Shown: positions 1-15,196 of the stretch, piece after piece | Position numbering within the stretch: the first letter of the stretch is position 1 | Layout: each line of letters begins with the position of its first letter | NCBI GenBank assembly: GCA_951406725.2 | Contig: OX597824.1 | Location: forward strand, 97,898,001 to 97,962,000 | Direction: 5' to 3' | Source: Octopus vulgaris | Lineage: Eukaryota | DNA: 64,000 nucleotides | The notes under the pieces: model-generated | Told to the model about the DNA's origin: nothing | Database searches by the model: none | The model's input: only the letters and a program-made list of their open reading frames with translations | Program-made: the position numbers and the translations under genes

Positions 1-283
1 ACATTTGCACATGGTGCTACAGCGGATTCACAAAATTTCTCTGTGTGAGAGTATGTGTCTGTGTGTCTGTCTGTGTGTGTCTGTGTGTGTGCGTGCGTGT
101 GTGCGTACGTGTTTGTGTGAATCCCTTTATGCGATTTTCATTAATTTTATTATTGAAATCCCAGATAAGATGATAAATATATTTAGGAAGATTCTAGACT
201 GCTGTGCAGCGAAGATGCGACCTGAAATGTTATATTTTGACTTTAAATCTGTAATTTCTGAATTTTGTCATTTCTCCCTGAAC

Positions 284-346
<63 letters not shown>

Positions 347-1324
347 AATGAACGCTACTTCATTAACTTATTATACTCGAGATCTGTTAATATTTAAGCT
401 ACCCTTTTAATGACTTCTCTCAAATGTTTTATAACTTCATTTCCTAATAACCCTTCCCTTAAGACCCACATTATTGCTCACCTTTAAATCACAGCAACAT
501 TTCACGAACTCAAATTTAAATTTCAGTTATTAAAATAGTCGTAATGTTCATTATCTCCTTTCAATTGCAGCACCTTATATTAGGATTGGTGTGGTGACTA
601 AACCTTGAAAATGGAACCCCAGCATGGCATTTGCGCATTAAAGCATGCAATGTGGGCCGAACTTCACACATAGGACCCGGGTTGATTTTTTTTTAAGAAA
701 TAATTTTTGCAAAAGAAGGGAAAGTGCCTTTTGTACACCATAAAATGTGTTACGTCTTTTCATTTCAACTTTTAACTCCATCGAGCTCAAATTTTTCTTT
801 CATTTTTCCGATGTTGATATAATAAAGATATAAAATAATTAAGTGTGATGGTTTACACAGGATTAATTAAAATATGATTAATGAAAAGCTTTGAAGTGGT
901 ATCCCAGAACGACTGATGTCCGTGACTAATTTAGTAAAATACACAACGAGCGGGCAGTAACACGATACACTGAAACACAATGAATAGTGACACAGTATAT
1001 AGCGCGCATATATTGTCCTTAAGAGTCCAGATCTTATCTATTAATAATAGTTTTTGTTACAATAAACTTTTGTCAGAAACTGGGATCTGACGTCTTTGTC
1101 CATCGAGACAACGTTGAACTTATTGTTAGACATACGTCATTCGGTGTTTATTCCAAAACACCAAACTATTGTACGTGTGGCCCTTGACTGTTCTGTGTCA
1201 CAGGCATTGTTTCGCGTCCAGTTCCTTTGACATCCATATGGTAAACGGTTCGATTCCACAGCAAGGTATCGTGCACTGATTTAGTCACATGTGGCAGTTT
1301 GGACGACGAAAACTGGAAATATAT

Positions 1325-1632
1325 ATACTTCGGCCACCCTGAAGCACCATCTTGAAATATTTTATAGCCTGATACTTATTCTGGCAGCCTATTTTGCCGA
1401 ATAGGGGACATAAACACACCAGCATCGGGGGAAAAACACAGGCACAATCACATGCCTATAGATAGATATATATACGACGGGCTTCTTTCAGTTTCCGTCT
1501 ACTGTCTCTACTTACATCCGTCAGCCCGAGGCTGTAGCAGAGGACACTTGCTGGATGTGCCACACAGTGGGATTGAACCTGGAACCATGTGGCTGGGAAG
1601 CAAACTTCTTATCACATAGCTATGCCTGTGCC
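1325..1632 (-). mobile_element. SINE family A, degenerate
   Basis: cgacgggcttctttcagtttccgtctac and gaacctggaaccatgtgg are reverse complements of the family A head; tail remnant at 1325-1440. Confidence 0.7.
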
Positions 1633-1653
1633 TATATACGCGTATTTCTACGG

Positions 1654-1728
<75 letters not shown>

Positions 1729-1775
1729 CTGCCGATGTATGTCGATGAAAGAGATACACTTCGTCTAATGAACCG

Positions 1776-2119
1776 ATGGTGCATGGCTCAGTGGTTACAG
1801 TGTCGGGCTCACACTCATGAGGTAGGGAGTTCAATTCCCACACTGGGCTGTGTATTGTCTTCTTGAGCAAGACACTTCATTTCCCATCACTCCAGTTCAC
1901 TCAGCTGTAGAAATGAGTGGTGATGTCACTGGTGCCAAGCAGTATCGGCCCCTTTGCCTTTCCCTTGGATAACATCGGTGACATATAGACGAGAGGCTGT
2001 TATGCATGGGCGACTGATGGTCCTTCCATAGAAACAACCTTGCTCAGACTTGTGCCTGTGGGGTGGGGGGATCTTTCTAGGAGCAATCACACGGTCATTC
2101 ATGACCGAAGGGGGTCTTT
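1776..2119 (+). mobile_element. SINE family B
   Basis: Colinear with 15197-15531. Confidence 0.8.
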
Positions 2120-3636
2120 ACCCTTTTAGTGAACCAATGAATTAGCGCATTAAAACGAAAACCCATTGTGGTATTTATTCCGCCCGGATTGCAAAAAGAG
2201 TTCCTTGTTACTGTCACCGTTATAGAAGTAGTGAATCGGTGACTGGCATCTTGTTACAGAGATCAACGATCTCTACTTCAGAAAAGCATAATGTAAAATT
2301 ACTAACATTCGAAACGATCAGTCATAATCCTAAAGACGTGTATTCGGTCATTGCCAAATACATATATTTCTGTCGACCCCATAGGAATAGCAGCCAAATC
2401 TCCCTCATATAACACAATATCGCCTTAAGATCAAGACAGCCCATAGGATCATGTGGTTATAGATACATCAGGCTAGAAAAAATCGTTTGTTAGGTCACGG
2501 TTGGAACGCATTTGATCCGAGTTCTTTCTTCCTGGTTCTTTCACCTGGGCTAAACAATAACAGCAGCAAAATCAATAACAACAATGTATTCATCGATAAT
2601 AATCATTGTCAATCAGGAAATTATTTTGATCATTCATTCAGTTATTTCGAATGAGGTATAATCGATCTTCCCACATCACCCCCCCCCAAAAAAAAAATAA
2701 ACTTGAAGTATTGGTAAAAACCGATATTAATAATATGTCGAAATTTGAACCTCCTTTCTAGTCACGTGATTATGCCAGAAATCAATAATCGATGATCAGA
2801 ATTCACAAAGTTTGATTTTGAGGTATGCCCCAGGTCAACCCAAGTCATGCCCTTCGATTGATGAAGACATGGGATCAAAGACGCTCCAGCTCTGACCATC
2901 CCATTTTCATATACCAAACAATATATTGTCCAATGTGGACCTCCCCATTTGAGACATTGAATCTGAGTTGAGGGAAATTTAGGAAATTTAGAGATGGGCA
3001 AAAGCAGTCTGGAGAAATGGACAAGAGGGCAGTTGTCGGGTGCCTCACGAACTTAGGGAACCAATACTGATCTGTGTATGATGCGGGTGGCTGTCAAAAA
3101 ATAAATGTTTTAGGACGCATTGAATTAATTTGAACGGGGACCTAATATGTTGCTCAGATGCCCCTGCACGCAGTTAGCTGTCGCTTTGGAGCTGTTTCGA
3201 ATCCAACCTGAAATATATTAAGAATTTTATATTGGTGGTGGTGGGCATGGACAGGATTTCACTGGAAATAATATCAACGACAAACAGAAAGAAAAGAGGA
3301 AAACAGAAAAATCACAAGTTACACGCTAAGGTATAGAGAAGACGCATTTGTCAAATAGTCCTATATACTCACTTTAAAAGATGGGATGGTCACGAACGGA
3401 ATGGATGGAGCTAATAAAGAAACAACAGTTAGCGAATGGATAATGGCAAGTCTTATTAACGGCTAGTCATTATCACATTATGTTGAGTAAGAATTACTCA
3501 TCAACGAATATAATGTGTTCATTGGTAGAGTCACGTGAGGTGTGTCTGAGCGTTGGTTTATGCATTCATACAGAGAAAATACACGTGTGTGTATATATCT
3601 ACACACACTCGGATGCGCACAGACATGTATATTAAA

Positions 3637-3639
<3 letters not shown>

Positions 3640-3702
<63 letters not shown>

Positions 3703-3734
3703 ACATATATATATGTATATATATATATATATAT

Positions 3735-3776
<42 letters not shown>

Positions 3777-3916
3777 CATACATGTGTTTATATATATGCA
3801 TATAAGTATACATGTATAAGCAAAGTGATGCATGCATGCATACATATGCATATATGTAGATATGGATCTACATATGTGTATATGCAATATATATATATTT
3901 GCATATATATCTACAT

Positions 3917-4014
<98 letters not shown>

Positions 4015-4074
4015 TGATATATATATATATATATACAAATATATATATAGATATATATACATGTGTACATGAAC

Positions 4075-4105
<31 letters not shown>

Positions 4106-4155
4106 GTACGTATGAGTGCATGCATATGATATATATATATATATATATGCACATA

Positions 4156-4228
<73 letters not shown>

Positions 4229-4235
4229 GCACATA

Positions 4236-4302
<67 letters not shown>

Positions 4303-4365
4303 ATGTATGTATATACACGTATGTATGTATATATGTACACACACACAAACACATATATATGTACA
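3640..4365. repeat. Compound (TA)n/(GATA)n/(TG)n microsatellite
   Basis: Direct inspection. Confidence 0.95.
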
Positions 4366-4640
4366 GAGAGAGAGAAAGCTAAAGACGGAACTGGCATGCG
4401 TTACGCCATCAAGTATAAAAAAGAAATACAAAGGAACAAGCGGAAGTAGAGAGAGAGAGGAACGATGGTGATTGATTGATTGATATATCGATCAGATGAC
4501 TCAACCAGGGAGAGAAGTTACCTGTTTGATACCTGGCACTAATCACTACGTGTTACTCACTTGCCATTCTAAATATCAATTATGTATGCAGGTAGAATAT
4601 TTGTATGGATATATGTGTGTCTGTGTATCTCAGATTTTCG

Positions 4641-4708
<68 letters not shown>

Positions 4709-4792
4709 GTATATATATATATGGATGTAAATGGATGAATTTATAAACTTGCACACGTGCGTACACTCATATATATATACTAATATATACAT

Positions 4793-4863
<71 letters not shown>

Positions 4864-4940
4864 CATATATATACATCTATCTATATATCCATTTATCTAT
4901 ATGTATATATATATATTTATAAATATATATACATACATAT

Positions 4941-5104
4941 AGGCGCAGATGTGGGTGTGTGATAAGTAGCTTGCTTATGAACCACATGGTTCCGGGTTCA
5001 GTCCCACTGGGTGGCACCTTGCGCAAGTGTCTTCTGTTATAGCCTCAGGCTGACCATAACCTTGTGAGTGGAATTGGTTGACGGAAACTGAGAGAAGCTC
5101 GTCG
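4941..5104 (+). mobile_element. SINE family A head
   Basis: ggcgcag...ggttccgggttcagtcccact...gacggaaactga..gtcg. Confidence 0.8.
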
Positions 5105-5106
5105 TA

Positions 5107-5154
<48 letters not shown>

Positions 5155-5200
5155 TGTGTGTGTTTATATATGTATATATAATATATATATATATATATAT

Positions 5201-5378
5201 TCTTTATTCTTTTATTCTTTTACTTGTTTCGGTCATTTGACTGCGGCCATGCTGGAGCACCGCCTTTAGTCGAGCAAATCGACCCCAGGACTTATTCTTT
5301 GTAAGCCCAGTACTTATTCTTTCGGTCTCTTTTGCCGAACCGCTAAGTGACGGGGATTTAAACACACCAGCATCGGTT
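5201..5378 (-). mobile_element. SINE family A tail
   Basis: Reverse complement of the family A tail (catttgactgcggccatgctggagcaccgcc). Confidence 0.8.
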
Positions 5379-5484
5379 ATATATATATACACATATATAT
5401 ATACACATATACATACACACATACACACACACATATATATATATGAGTATATATATATATATATATATATGTATATGTGTGTGT

Positions 5485-5696
5485 GTGTTTGTCTGTGCTT
5501 GTACCCCAAACATCACTTGTCAACCGGTGTTGGTGTGTTTACGTCCCCGTAACCTAGCGGTTCGGCAAAAAGTGACCGATAGAGCAGGTAGGCTTACAAA
5601 GAATAAGTCCTGGGGTCGATTTGCTCGACTAAAGTTGGTGCTCCAGCATGGCCACAGTCAAATGACTGAAACAAATAAAAGAGTAAATAAAAGAAT
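5485..5696 (+). mobile_element. SINE family A tail
   Basis: gtgtttacgtccccgtaacctagcggttcggcaaaa...gtcaaatgactgaaac. Confidence 0.8.
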
Positions 5697-6016
5697 GTAT
5701 ATATATATATATATAGGAAGATATAGAGTGGGAGAAGAGCAGTAAAAAGATCAACCCTCATATGTGTTGAATGGGCGTTATTTTATAGTAAAACTGGTAC
5801 GAAAATGATGCAAGGCGTGCGAGATAAATGAAGTTTCTCCTAAGGTCAGCATGGTTAACACAAAACCGGTTTCACGTTTAATGTACAAACTAAATAAACC
5901 AATTTCTTTTAAGGATTATGACAGAGCATATTCCCTACCGATAGTTTACAAAATAATATGAGCCAAAAGAATCCGTTGATCATGAGAACTCACAGTAATT
6001 GACTTAGGTTTGAACA

Positions 6017-6740
6017 CATCATCTGGGCCGGATGGTCTCCCAGCTATACTGCTACAAACGTGCGAAATCTGTCTCGCGAAACCTTTAAAGATACTATTTC
6101 AAAAGTCGCTGGATATCGGCGAATTCCCAGAGCTATGTAAAGACATAATGGAAAGGTAGCAGGGCTGAAGCTAGAAATTACAGACCTGATTCTCTCACTT
6201 CTGACACATCTAAAATTATCAAACGCATTGTGCAAAACAGAATTATTACACACCTTGTAGAAAACAATCTCGTAGATGGCATACAGCATGGTTTGGGGAC
6301 TGGACGAAGTTGCCTTTCACAACTATTACAGCACCATAACATGATTCTTAATCTCTTGAGAGGAAACAACATTGACTGTATATACCTTGATTTTGTTAAG
6401 GTGTTCGATAAGATTCTTCATGGAATCATCTGTCATAAGTCAAAGAATCTTGGTATCTCAGGAAAACTCAGAGAATGGCTCTTTAACTTCCTACATGGTA
6501 GGAGCCAATCTGTTGCCGGAAATGGCTTTCGCTCTGTATGGTCACCTGTAATAAGTGGTATCCCCCAGGGAATGGTTCTAAGACTATTATTATTATTTAT
6601 CAACAACTTATTACCAATGCACTCATCCGAAATAACAGGTTACGCCGATGATGCAAAACTATCCATGGCTGTCCAAATTCCAGAAGATACTCACCGTCTG
6701 GCATAGAACAATAAGCATTAATAACGGAATGCATTTCTTG
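6017..6740 (+). mobile_element. CR1/L2-group LINE reverse transcriptase fragment (degenerate)
   Basis: SGPDGLPAILL..KPLKILFQKSL, QHGLGTGRSCLSQL, IYLDFVKVFDKILH, LGISGKLREWLFNFL.GRSQ, SGIPQG, YADD (ORF 6230..6706). Confidence 0.85.
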
Positions 6741-7603
6741 AAATTCCCGCCATTTCCAAAGAAGGTAGAATGAGTATTTCGGTCGCGAACACAAATTCTT
6801 CAAAATCGGTGTTACCTCTTTACTCCAAGGTATATTGTGGATATTTGAGATACCTATGTCTTGGCCAACAGATGCACAAATCGGATGCAAACTGTTTCGT
6901 CCACTACTCTTTCCAATTGACCATTTCTGCTCGTCCGAAACTGCCTAAACTTTATTGATTGAAGCATTTCAACCTCTCCTACGGGGTCAATTTTGTAGAT
7001 TAACCATATTCCTTCACCCCTGCATCGCACGCAGCATACATATACATAATTACATTTACAGCCATACAGAAACACACATACTTAAGTATATACTCACCCA
7101 CACATACATACACACGTAAGCGAGTGTGTAAATGCACACACGTGCACAACAAATGCACACAGTAATACAACTACATCCGCATACACTGAACGTAGGCAAA
7201 TAGGCTTTGAAACACATATTAACCTGCACAGATCTGTACACATACACACACACACACACACTACAGATACACGAACACATACACACATGTGCAATAGGTA
7301 CGACTTCCTGGAGTGATTTATTAATTTCGGTCAAAGGGTGTGTGTTCGCGTGTGTGTGTGTGGGGGGGGGGCCCTGACTGTATTAGGGATTTTGTGAATA
7401 ATGCGTCTGACATTGTGTATATGTATGTACATATGCATTTTTGCTCCTTTGTAGACATACGTATACATAAAGACACACACATACACAAACACATATATAT
7501 ACATATATGCTTATATGTATAAATACACACACAGAGATATGTGTGTATATATATATATTGGTATGTGTGTGTGAATGTGTAGGGGTGCGTGTGTGTGTTT
7601 AGG

Positions 7604-7666
<63 letters not shown>

Positions 7667-8269
7667 ATGTGTATGTATACAAATACATATATATATGTAT
7701 ACACACACATATATATATACATACATATACAGATATATATATAGATATATACGGGCATATATATATATATACATGCATATACATATATATGCATATATAT
7801 ACATATATATACATACATATATATATATATACATACACTAATATATGCATACATATATATATATTCATACATATATGTATATGTATATACATATACATAC
7901 ATATATATTCATATATATATATATATGTATGTATATACATATACATATATATATGCATGTGTATGTATTTGTGAGTGTGGAAGCATGTGTGTATTTATGC
8001 GAGCTTTATATTTTATTCCCATTGTTTGCAATATATTGGAAAATGTGTCGGTTTTTGCGTGTACTAATGTGTGTGTGCACGTGTCTGTGTATGTGAGCAT
8101 ATGTAACAATCTCAGCAGGTATGTATGTGCAGGTGTGCGCGAGAGCGAACGTGGGGATCAATTAAAGACGAAATTGATAGCCAGGGTTTCACGCATTGTC
8201 GCCTTCTTCAGCCGAACAGTAATGAACCAATGAAACATTTATTAACGTCATCATCATTTAGCTGTGCAC

Positions 8270-8625
8270 TATATGTGTGTGTATGTATGTATGTATGTAT
8301 GTGTGTATGTATGTATGTGTGTGTGTTTGTACTTGTATGTATGTATGTATGTATGTATGTATGTATGTATGTATGTATGTATGTGTGTGTGTTTGTACTT
8401 GTATGTATGTATGTATGTATGTATGTATGTATGTATGTATGTATGTATGTGTGTGTGTTTTGTACTTGTATGTATGTATGTATGTATGTATGTATGTATG
8501 TATGTATGTATGTATGTATGTTTGTACTTGTATGTATGTATGTATGTATGTATGTATGTATGTATGTATGTTTGTACTTGTATGTATGTATGTATGTATG
8601 TATGTATGTGTGTGTGTGTGTGTAT
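8270..8625. repeat. (TATG)n-based minisatellite punctuated by tttgtacttg (5 times)
   Basis: Variant block recurs every ~50-68 bp. Confidence 0.9.
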
Positions 8626-8777
8626 GTACACATACATACAGACATACACATATTTGTATATCTATATATACACACACATGTATGTATATCCAAAAGTGTA
8701 GATAAATATACACATATTCATGACTGTATGCACGTAGACGCATATACATATACACGCATGGATATATATATGTGTTT

Positions 8778-8857
<80 letters not shown>

Positions 8858-8865
8858 GTAAGTAA

Positions 8866-9480
8866 GTCATACTGTGGAACATATCTCAAACTCATGCAGA
8901 GTTCTGGCCCAAGGGGGTGGGTACACATGGAAGCACATTGAAGTGCTTAAAGAGATCCTACACGTAATTTGTAGTGTGAGAGGGAAGACGATGCTACCTA
9001 ATGGCCTATTAATGTTCTTCCTACGCAGCTAGGTGTTAAAATATTATGGCCTGAAACATCTGTACCAATCGAGTCGTGGAAGTAGGAACTCTTCTGGATG
9101 GGGTCGATGACTGGGAGCGCATAGTAGATCTTCCAGAATGGAAAACTAACCCAGGCATCATTCACAAGCATGGTATGAGACCGAACATTGTGCTCACCTC
9201 ACGTTCATTCAAATATCTGCTTCTAGTTTAACACATTGTGTCATATGACTGCAGAGTGAAGGAAGCCCACATCAACAAAACTAAAGATATGACAGAATCT
9301 GGCTTCCAAACCAAAATCCTGAGGTGAATGCAACAGGGTTTATGGGCAAATCTGCCAATATTCTCATGAAACGGTTCTTAGTTTCGGGGAGAAAAGAGAA
9401 AACAGAGCTCTTAAGCTAAGAGCAGAAGCAGCTCTTAAGTGTTCCAACTGGATTTGGTCAAGGAGGAATGGAAGGGATTT
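8866..9480 (+). mobile_element. 3' end of a restriction-like-endonuclease non-LTR retrotransposon (Hero/NeSL-like), degenerate
   Basis: Across frames: EHISNSCRVLAQGGGYTWKHIEVLKEI (zinc knuckle and R-H motif region), DDWERIVDLP, MRPNIVL, EAHINK, GFMGKS, AEAALKCSNWIWSRRN. Confidence 0.65.
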
Positions 9481-9652
9481 CCAGAAGGCATACTTTACAC
9501 TGCTGTCAACTGGCGTCTCAGACTTAAGGGGTACTTTTAGTCTGAGGTACCTGACACCTAAAAAGGGTGCAATGCAGACGGTAGCAGAGAAAATGGTGCG
9601 TGTGTGTGTGTGTGTGAGCGCATGCATGTGTGCATGTGATAATATATATATG

Positions 9653-9709
<57 letters not shown>

Positions 9710-10295
9710 CCGTACAGAGGAGGATATACATCAGTATATATATATGCACACTCACACACACACACACACACTCAAACATACACATATATTCATAAATACG
9801 TCAGTGTGTGTGTGTGTATATATTTAAATATATATGCACACGCACGTACACATGCATACAAACACACACACATTCACATATATATATATATATACACACA
9901 CACACACCTATATACATATACAGACATTCGTATGTAAACCTAAATACTGAATACCTGTATTTGTGTGAACAGTGAAACATATATTCAAAAACATGCGCAC
10001 ACACACACACACACACACACATATACATACATACACACATACATATACATAAGCTCACACACACACTCACACACATTACTACTATAATAATAAGATGTTA
10101 CAAGTAATAAAAGGAGGAGGGGTGGCGATGAGTGTTTTCCTGACATGGATGCCTTTGCCAAATGCTTCAACGGCTGAAATATATCGTTTCTGCCTGGCTT
10201 TCGAAACCGATTCGTGTTTGTGGTTCACCGACGAGTGACTTCGTGAATTATTACACCGAGCTCTTAAGCATACACATACACAAACACACACGCAT

Positions 10296-10345
<50 letters not shown>

Positions 10346-10407
10346 ACACTAATATACACACATCAATAAATATATATATTTGTATATATACCTATGTACA
10401 TATATGC

Positions 10408-10577
<170 letters not shown>

Positions 10578-10600
10578 AATACATACATATGTTTCTATGG

Positions 10601-10633
<33 letters not shown>

Positions 10634-11042
10634 TAAATATATGTATATGTATGTATGGAGGGACGGCTGCGTGTGTGTGTGGTAATTGAACTAGAAGTGA
10701 CGATGGAGTTTTCACGCGTTCTTACTTTCTCCAGAAATATCTGACGAACGTAATATGGCAGGAAACTCTCGGATACCAATTTACCTCGTCTAATTACCAC
10801 AATCACTCACACACACACACCGACACACACACATACACACACCAACACACACCGACACACACACATTCCGACGTAAACCTATACAGGTATCATTTAAATA
10901 ATTGTTTCTGACTTGGGCAAAAATATCAGCTGTGTGTGTGGGGGGGCGGTATACACGTGTACATACAAATGTATAAGTTTTTATATATATGTGTGTATGC
11001 GTGCGCGCGCGTCTATGTGTATTTATGTGTGCGTGTGTATGC

Positions 11043-11127
<85 letters not shown>

Positions 11128-11128
11128 T

Positions 11129-11269
11129 GTAGCCTGCTTACGAACCGCATATAGTTCCGGGTTCAGTCCCACTGCGTGGCACCTGGGGCAAGTGTCTTCT
11201 ACAATAGCCTCGGGTCGACCAAAGCCTTGTCAGTGGATTTTGTAGACGGGAACTGAAAGAAGCCTGTCG
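11129..11269 (+). mobile_element. SINE family A head
   Basis: ccgggttcagtcccactgcgtggcacctggggcaagtgtcttctac...gaagcctgtcg. Confidence 0.8.
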
Positions 11270-11277
11270 AATATATG

Positions 11278-11356
<79 letters not shown>

Positions 11357-11749
11357 TTGTTCTACTTCTGCCCCGTCAATCAATGCCTTTGTGTGGTGTA
11401 CAAGAAATAGCAATCAAACGCCCCTTAAATCACAACTTGTGTGTCTGTAAAGGAGAGATTGGATAGTATAGACCTGAGCACACCATAGATAAAAGAATTG
11501 GGAGAGTCACGGCTGGAGTCAGCTTTAATCATAGATCACTTGGGTCAGAGTTGACTCGTGGATGAACAATAGCCACATAGCTCGTATTACATATTCACGC
11601 ATACACACTCAGCACGTGGGGTCCCACTCACATGCTCACACCGTCACTCAACTCCAATATCGCCACTCCATATTTTCACTTTCCTTCATTCCATTTTGTA
11701 TCACCCTCACTCTCACTCAAAGGTAGCCATCACTCTTTACTTCCGTGTA

Positions 11750-12325
11750 AGGCCGAACCGAGGTGGGAAGTGGTTAAATCGTAGAGGTGAAGGAATCCAT
11801 GCACTTGGGACAGCCAGAGTGAATGTACTGCGAGGCATGGAAGTTGAAACCTCGAAGAGGAGGAAAGCAGGATGGAAGTCGCTTGCATCAATAAAGAATG
11901 TGCTCGAAACAAAGTAAGACAAAACCTTATGTGAGGCACTCTTCAGCGGGGCCCTGTTTTACCTGTGCTCTTATACACAGGTAAGACGTGGGTCGCTACG
12001 AAAAGGGGAAGAACATCGGGAATACCGTTGCGAGAGCATATTTGGAATGAGATAATTGGAGAACGGAGCGGAGAGGGCGATGTGGTGGGAGAAAAGCGAA
12101 AGCACATGTTGCGCTCGGCTGGACATGTCGCTGGGTTCATGTGGACATGTTCAGTTGCAGAGTGATAGCCAAGGGGTAGGGAAAAGCCCTGTCGGAGAAC
12201 TTCCACGACAACGGGAAGACGACTTAGTTAAACAATTTAGGTAAAAACGGGAAAAGAATGGCGCAATCAACAAAAAATTAGAAATGCATTGTAACCAGCG
12301 ATGTAGAACAGCCTCAGATGGTATT
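11750..12325 (+). mobile_element. RTE-clade LINE 3' fragment (degenerate)
   Basis: RRKAGWKSLASIKNVL, VLPVLLYTGKTW, ERSG..DVV, LRSAGHVAG, then a KRP.GRP..RW-like stretch. Confidence 0.65.
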
Positions 12326-12485
12326 AAATACATTTATATATATATATATGTATATATGTATATATGGCCTGCTCGCTTAGCCAGCGGGGTGGCGTCATTT
12401 GAAGGCTAAAACAATGCGAAGCGCATTGTGACCAGCGATGTGGAGCAAAATCTGATAGCCTGGTCGGTCACGGTGATCACGGTGG

Positions 12486-12519
<34 letters not shown>

Positions 12520-13704
12520 TGTAGTGAAAGGAAATAGCTTACAGCTGTTTCTGCAACGCCTGAGCGAAATATTAAATCAATATGCGTGTATGTGCGCGCG
12601 CATATATAGCAATCTATCTCTCAACTTCCGTCCCCATCTAATCTCTCTTCTCAATCTGATTTAATCTATTGACATATCTGTATTTTTCTTTCTGTCTTCC
12701 TATCAACCTCTTCATCAATCTTTATTCATACATAACCGTGGTGTGGTCGAATGTTTAAGAAGTTCGCTTCGCAAGCACGAGATCTCTGGTTCGATCCCAA
12801 TGCGTGATTTCATATCATTTTCTGTTGACCAACGTGGACCCCTACTATGTGAGCAAAATTGAGGAAACAGAAACTGTACGGAATCCTGCCGGATGGATTG
12901 TACCTACAATTCAACAAGTACAGCCTTGACATAGACTGTGTCACCCTGATTAGAGATTCAAGTGTTAAGAATAACGCAAGCGGTACATGCACACTTACGG
13001 AATACTCATCCGGAAACACCTTAATTCAGGAGCAGGTAATTCGTTTGACTGGACAACATTGTTTAAACCGACGGAGATCCGCCACTGTATCAGTAGGTGG
13101 AGGGTGCTTGTGTGTGGTGTGTGTGTGTGTGTGGTGTGGGTGTGTGTGTTGTGATGACGTGATTATACATACATAAACAGATCATCACATTCTCCTTACC
13201 TATCAGTTTACACCCATTTCATCGCCATCATCATCATTATCATATACGTAATCCGAATAACCGGATACTTTCCACTATCCTACGTCTCTTTTTTCCTGCA
13301 CCCCGCCACACCCTACTCCATCCATCCATCTCGGGCACTTCTCCCTAATCCCCGTCTCCAACCCCCTTCTAAAATATCCCCTGCTTATATTTTCATTTTA
13401 TCTCATATCTGTATCGTATGTCACTCGGGGTCTATTTTCTGAATCGCTAAATCTCTCGTTCCTCTTTCATAGTGACACTCCTTACCACCACCACCACCAC
13501 CACCTCCACCACCATCTGTGTGTGAGTGCGAGAGGGGCAGTGGGGGGTGTATTACCGTTCCTTTACTGAACCCCCCCTCCCCCCAGCCACACGAGCATCT
13601 TAAATATACTCGTGACATTTTCACATCACAACTCATTCATTTTCTTTATCAGAATTATTTATCTATAAAATTACATAAACACAAACAACGTAACACTCCT
13701 GAAA

Positions 13705-13772
<68 letters not shown>

Positions 13773-14404
13773 ATATCCTGTACATGTGAGTCTATATGTG
13801 TATATATGTGTAGCTGCATGTGTGTATGTATATGTGTGTATGGTGAAATTGTGTAGATATTAGTACAAGTGCATTTCCGTACACAAAGAGGTAAAAAGGG
13901 TGAAAAGGTGCATTTGTTGTGCCATTTCCCCGTTTGCGCGTGTTGAGGAATTCCAAACTGTGCATCGATCCATCTAATCAGTCATGCATCAGCAGTCTCC
14001 GATTGAAACTAAGAAGGATCCCGTCGTGAGATTCGAACGGCGCACCTATCGCTTGCTGGGCCATCGCACTTCCGATTATACTCGGCGGATTTTGAACGAA
14101 TTTGATCCCTGAAATAACAGAGATGTGTTTTTAATGAATATACTTAACACTCGAATCTCTAGGATCGCTGAATAAGTAGCACTTACTGGCTCACCACATA
14201 CATACATACATACATACATACATACATACATACATACATAAATACATACATACATACATACATACATACATACATACATACATACATACATACATACACA
14301 TATATATATATATATTTATATATATATGTGTGTGTGTGTGTGTGAGACACACATAGACACACTTATATATATATACATACATATATATATATATGTATTT
14401 ATGT

Positions 14405-14894
14405 ATCCAGTCAACATCATGATTTTTGGAGTGGTCACTATGATGGTGATGTTATGCACTGGGTCAACAGGGCCAAGTGCTGCTCTGGATCAAGAGGGTG
14501 ACAACAGGACTCTGCACCATGCCACACAAGCAGGAGAACCCAGCCGTGACTGTCAGACAATATCTGCTACTGGCCCCCTAACTCGTCAGACTGTAACCCC
14601 CTTGATTATTATGTGTGGAGCGCAGTTGAGCGAAAGACCAACAAAACCCCTTGTAACATCAAAGGTGAAATGAAGGCAAACTTAAACAAGGAGACCGTCC
14701 AGAAGAGTTGCAGGAGAATCCGAAGTCGTCTGGAGTCCGTGGTTGAAGCCAATGGCGATTTTATTGAATAAATTTAATCTTTCGTATTTCAAGATATTTT
14801 TATGTAATTTTGGTAAAAATATCTGTTAAAATGAGATATCAGTGCTATTTTCATTTTTGCGTAACTTAGACGACAATTTATTCACCGCACCCTT
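14405..14894 (+). mobile_element. Tc1/mariner (maT/DD37D-like) transposase remnant with right terminus
   Basis: PVNIMIFGVVT, QQDSAPCHTSRRTQ, WPPNSSDCNPLDYYVW, CRRIRSRLESVVEANGDFIE*; ends ...ttcaccgcaccct followed by TA. Confidence 0.8.
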
Positions 14895-14909
14895 TATATA
14901 TTATATATT

Positions 14910-15115
14910 CTTTTATCTTTTAGTTGTTTCAGTCATGTGCTCCAGCATGACTGAGCATGGCGGTACTCCATGCATGACTGTACTCCAGCATGGCGGTACT
15001 CCAGTTTGACTAGTACTTATTTTATCGGTCTCTTTGCCGAACCGCTAATGTTACGGGGACGTAAACATACCAACATTGGTTGTCAAGCGATGATGGGAGG
15101 ACAAACATAGACACA
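14910..15115 (-). mobile_element. SINE family A tail (rearranged, with local duplications)
   Basis: tttgccgaaccgctaa..ttacggggacgtaaac; repeated ctccagcatg units. Confidence 0.7.
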
Positions 15116-15196
15116 CAAACATATATACCACACACACACACACCACACACACACACACACACATACATTCATACATACATATATATATATGTCCCT

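Noticed and set aside
5715-6010. GAAACCGGTT (minus strand, ~5864-5873) as another PLE hammerhead
   Set aside because: A palindromic half-core is present but there is no convincing CUGANGA half or helix I; left unclassified.
8270-8625. Regularly spaced tttgtacttg motif as a CRISPR-like array
   Set aside because: The spacers are (TATG)n, not unique sequence; eukaryotic context and no cas genes.
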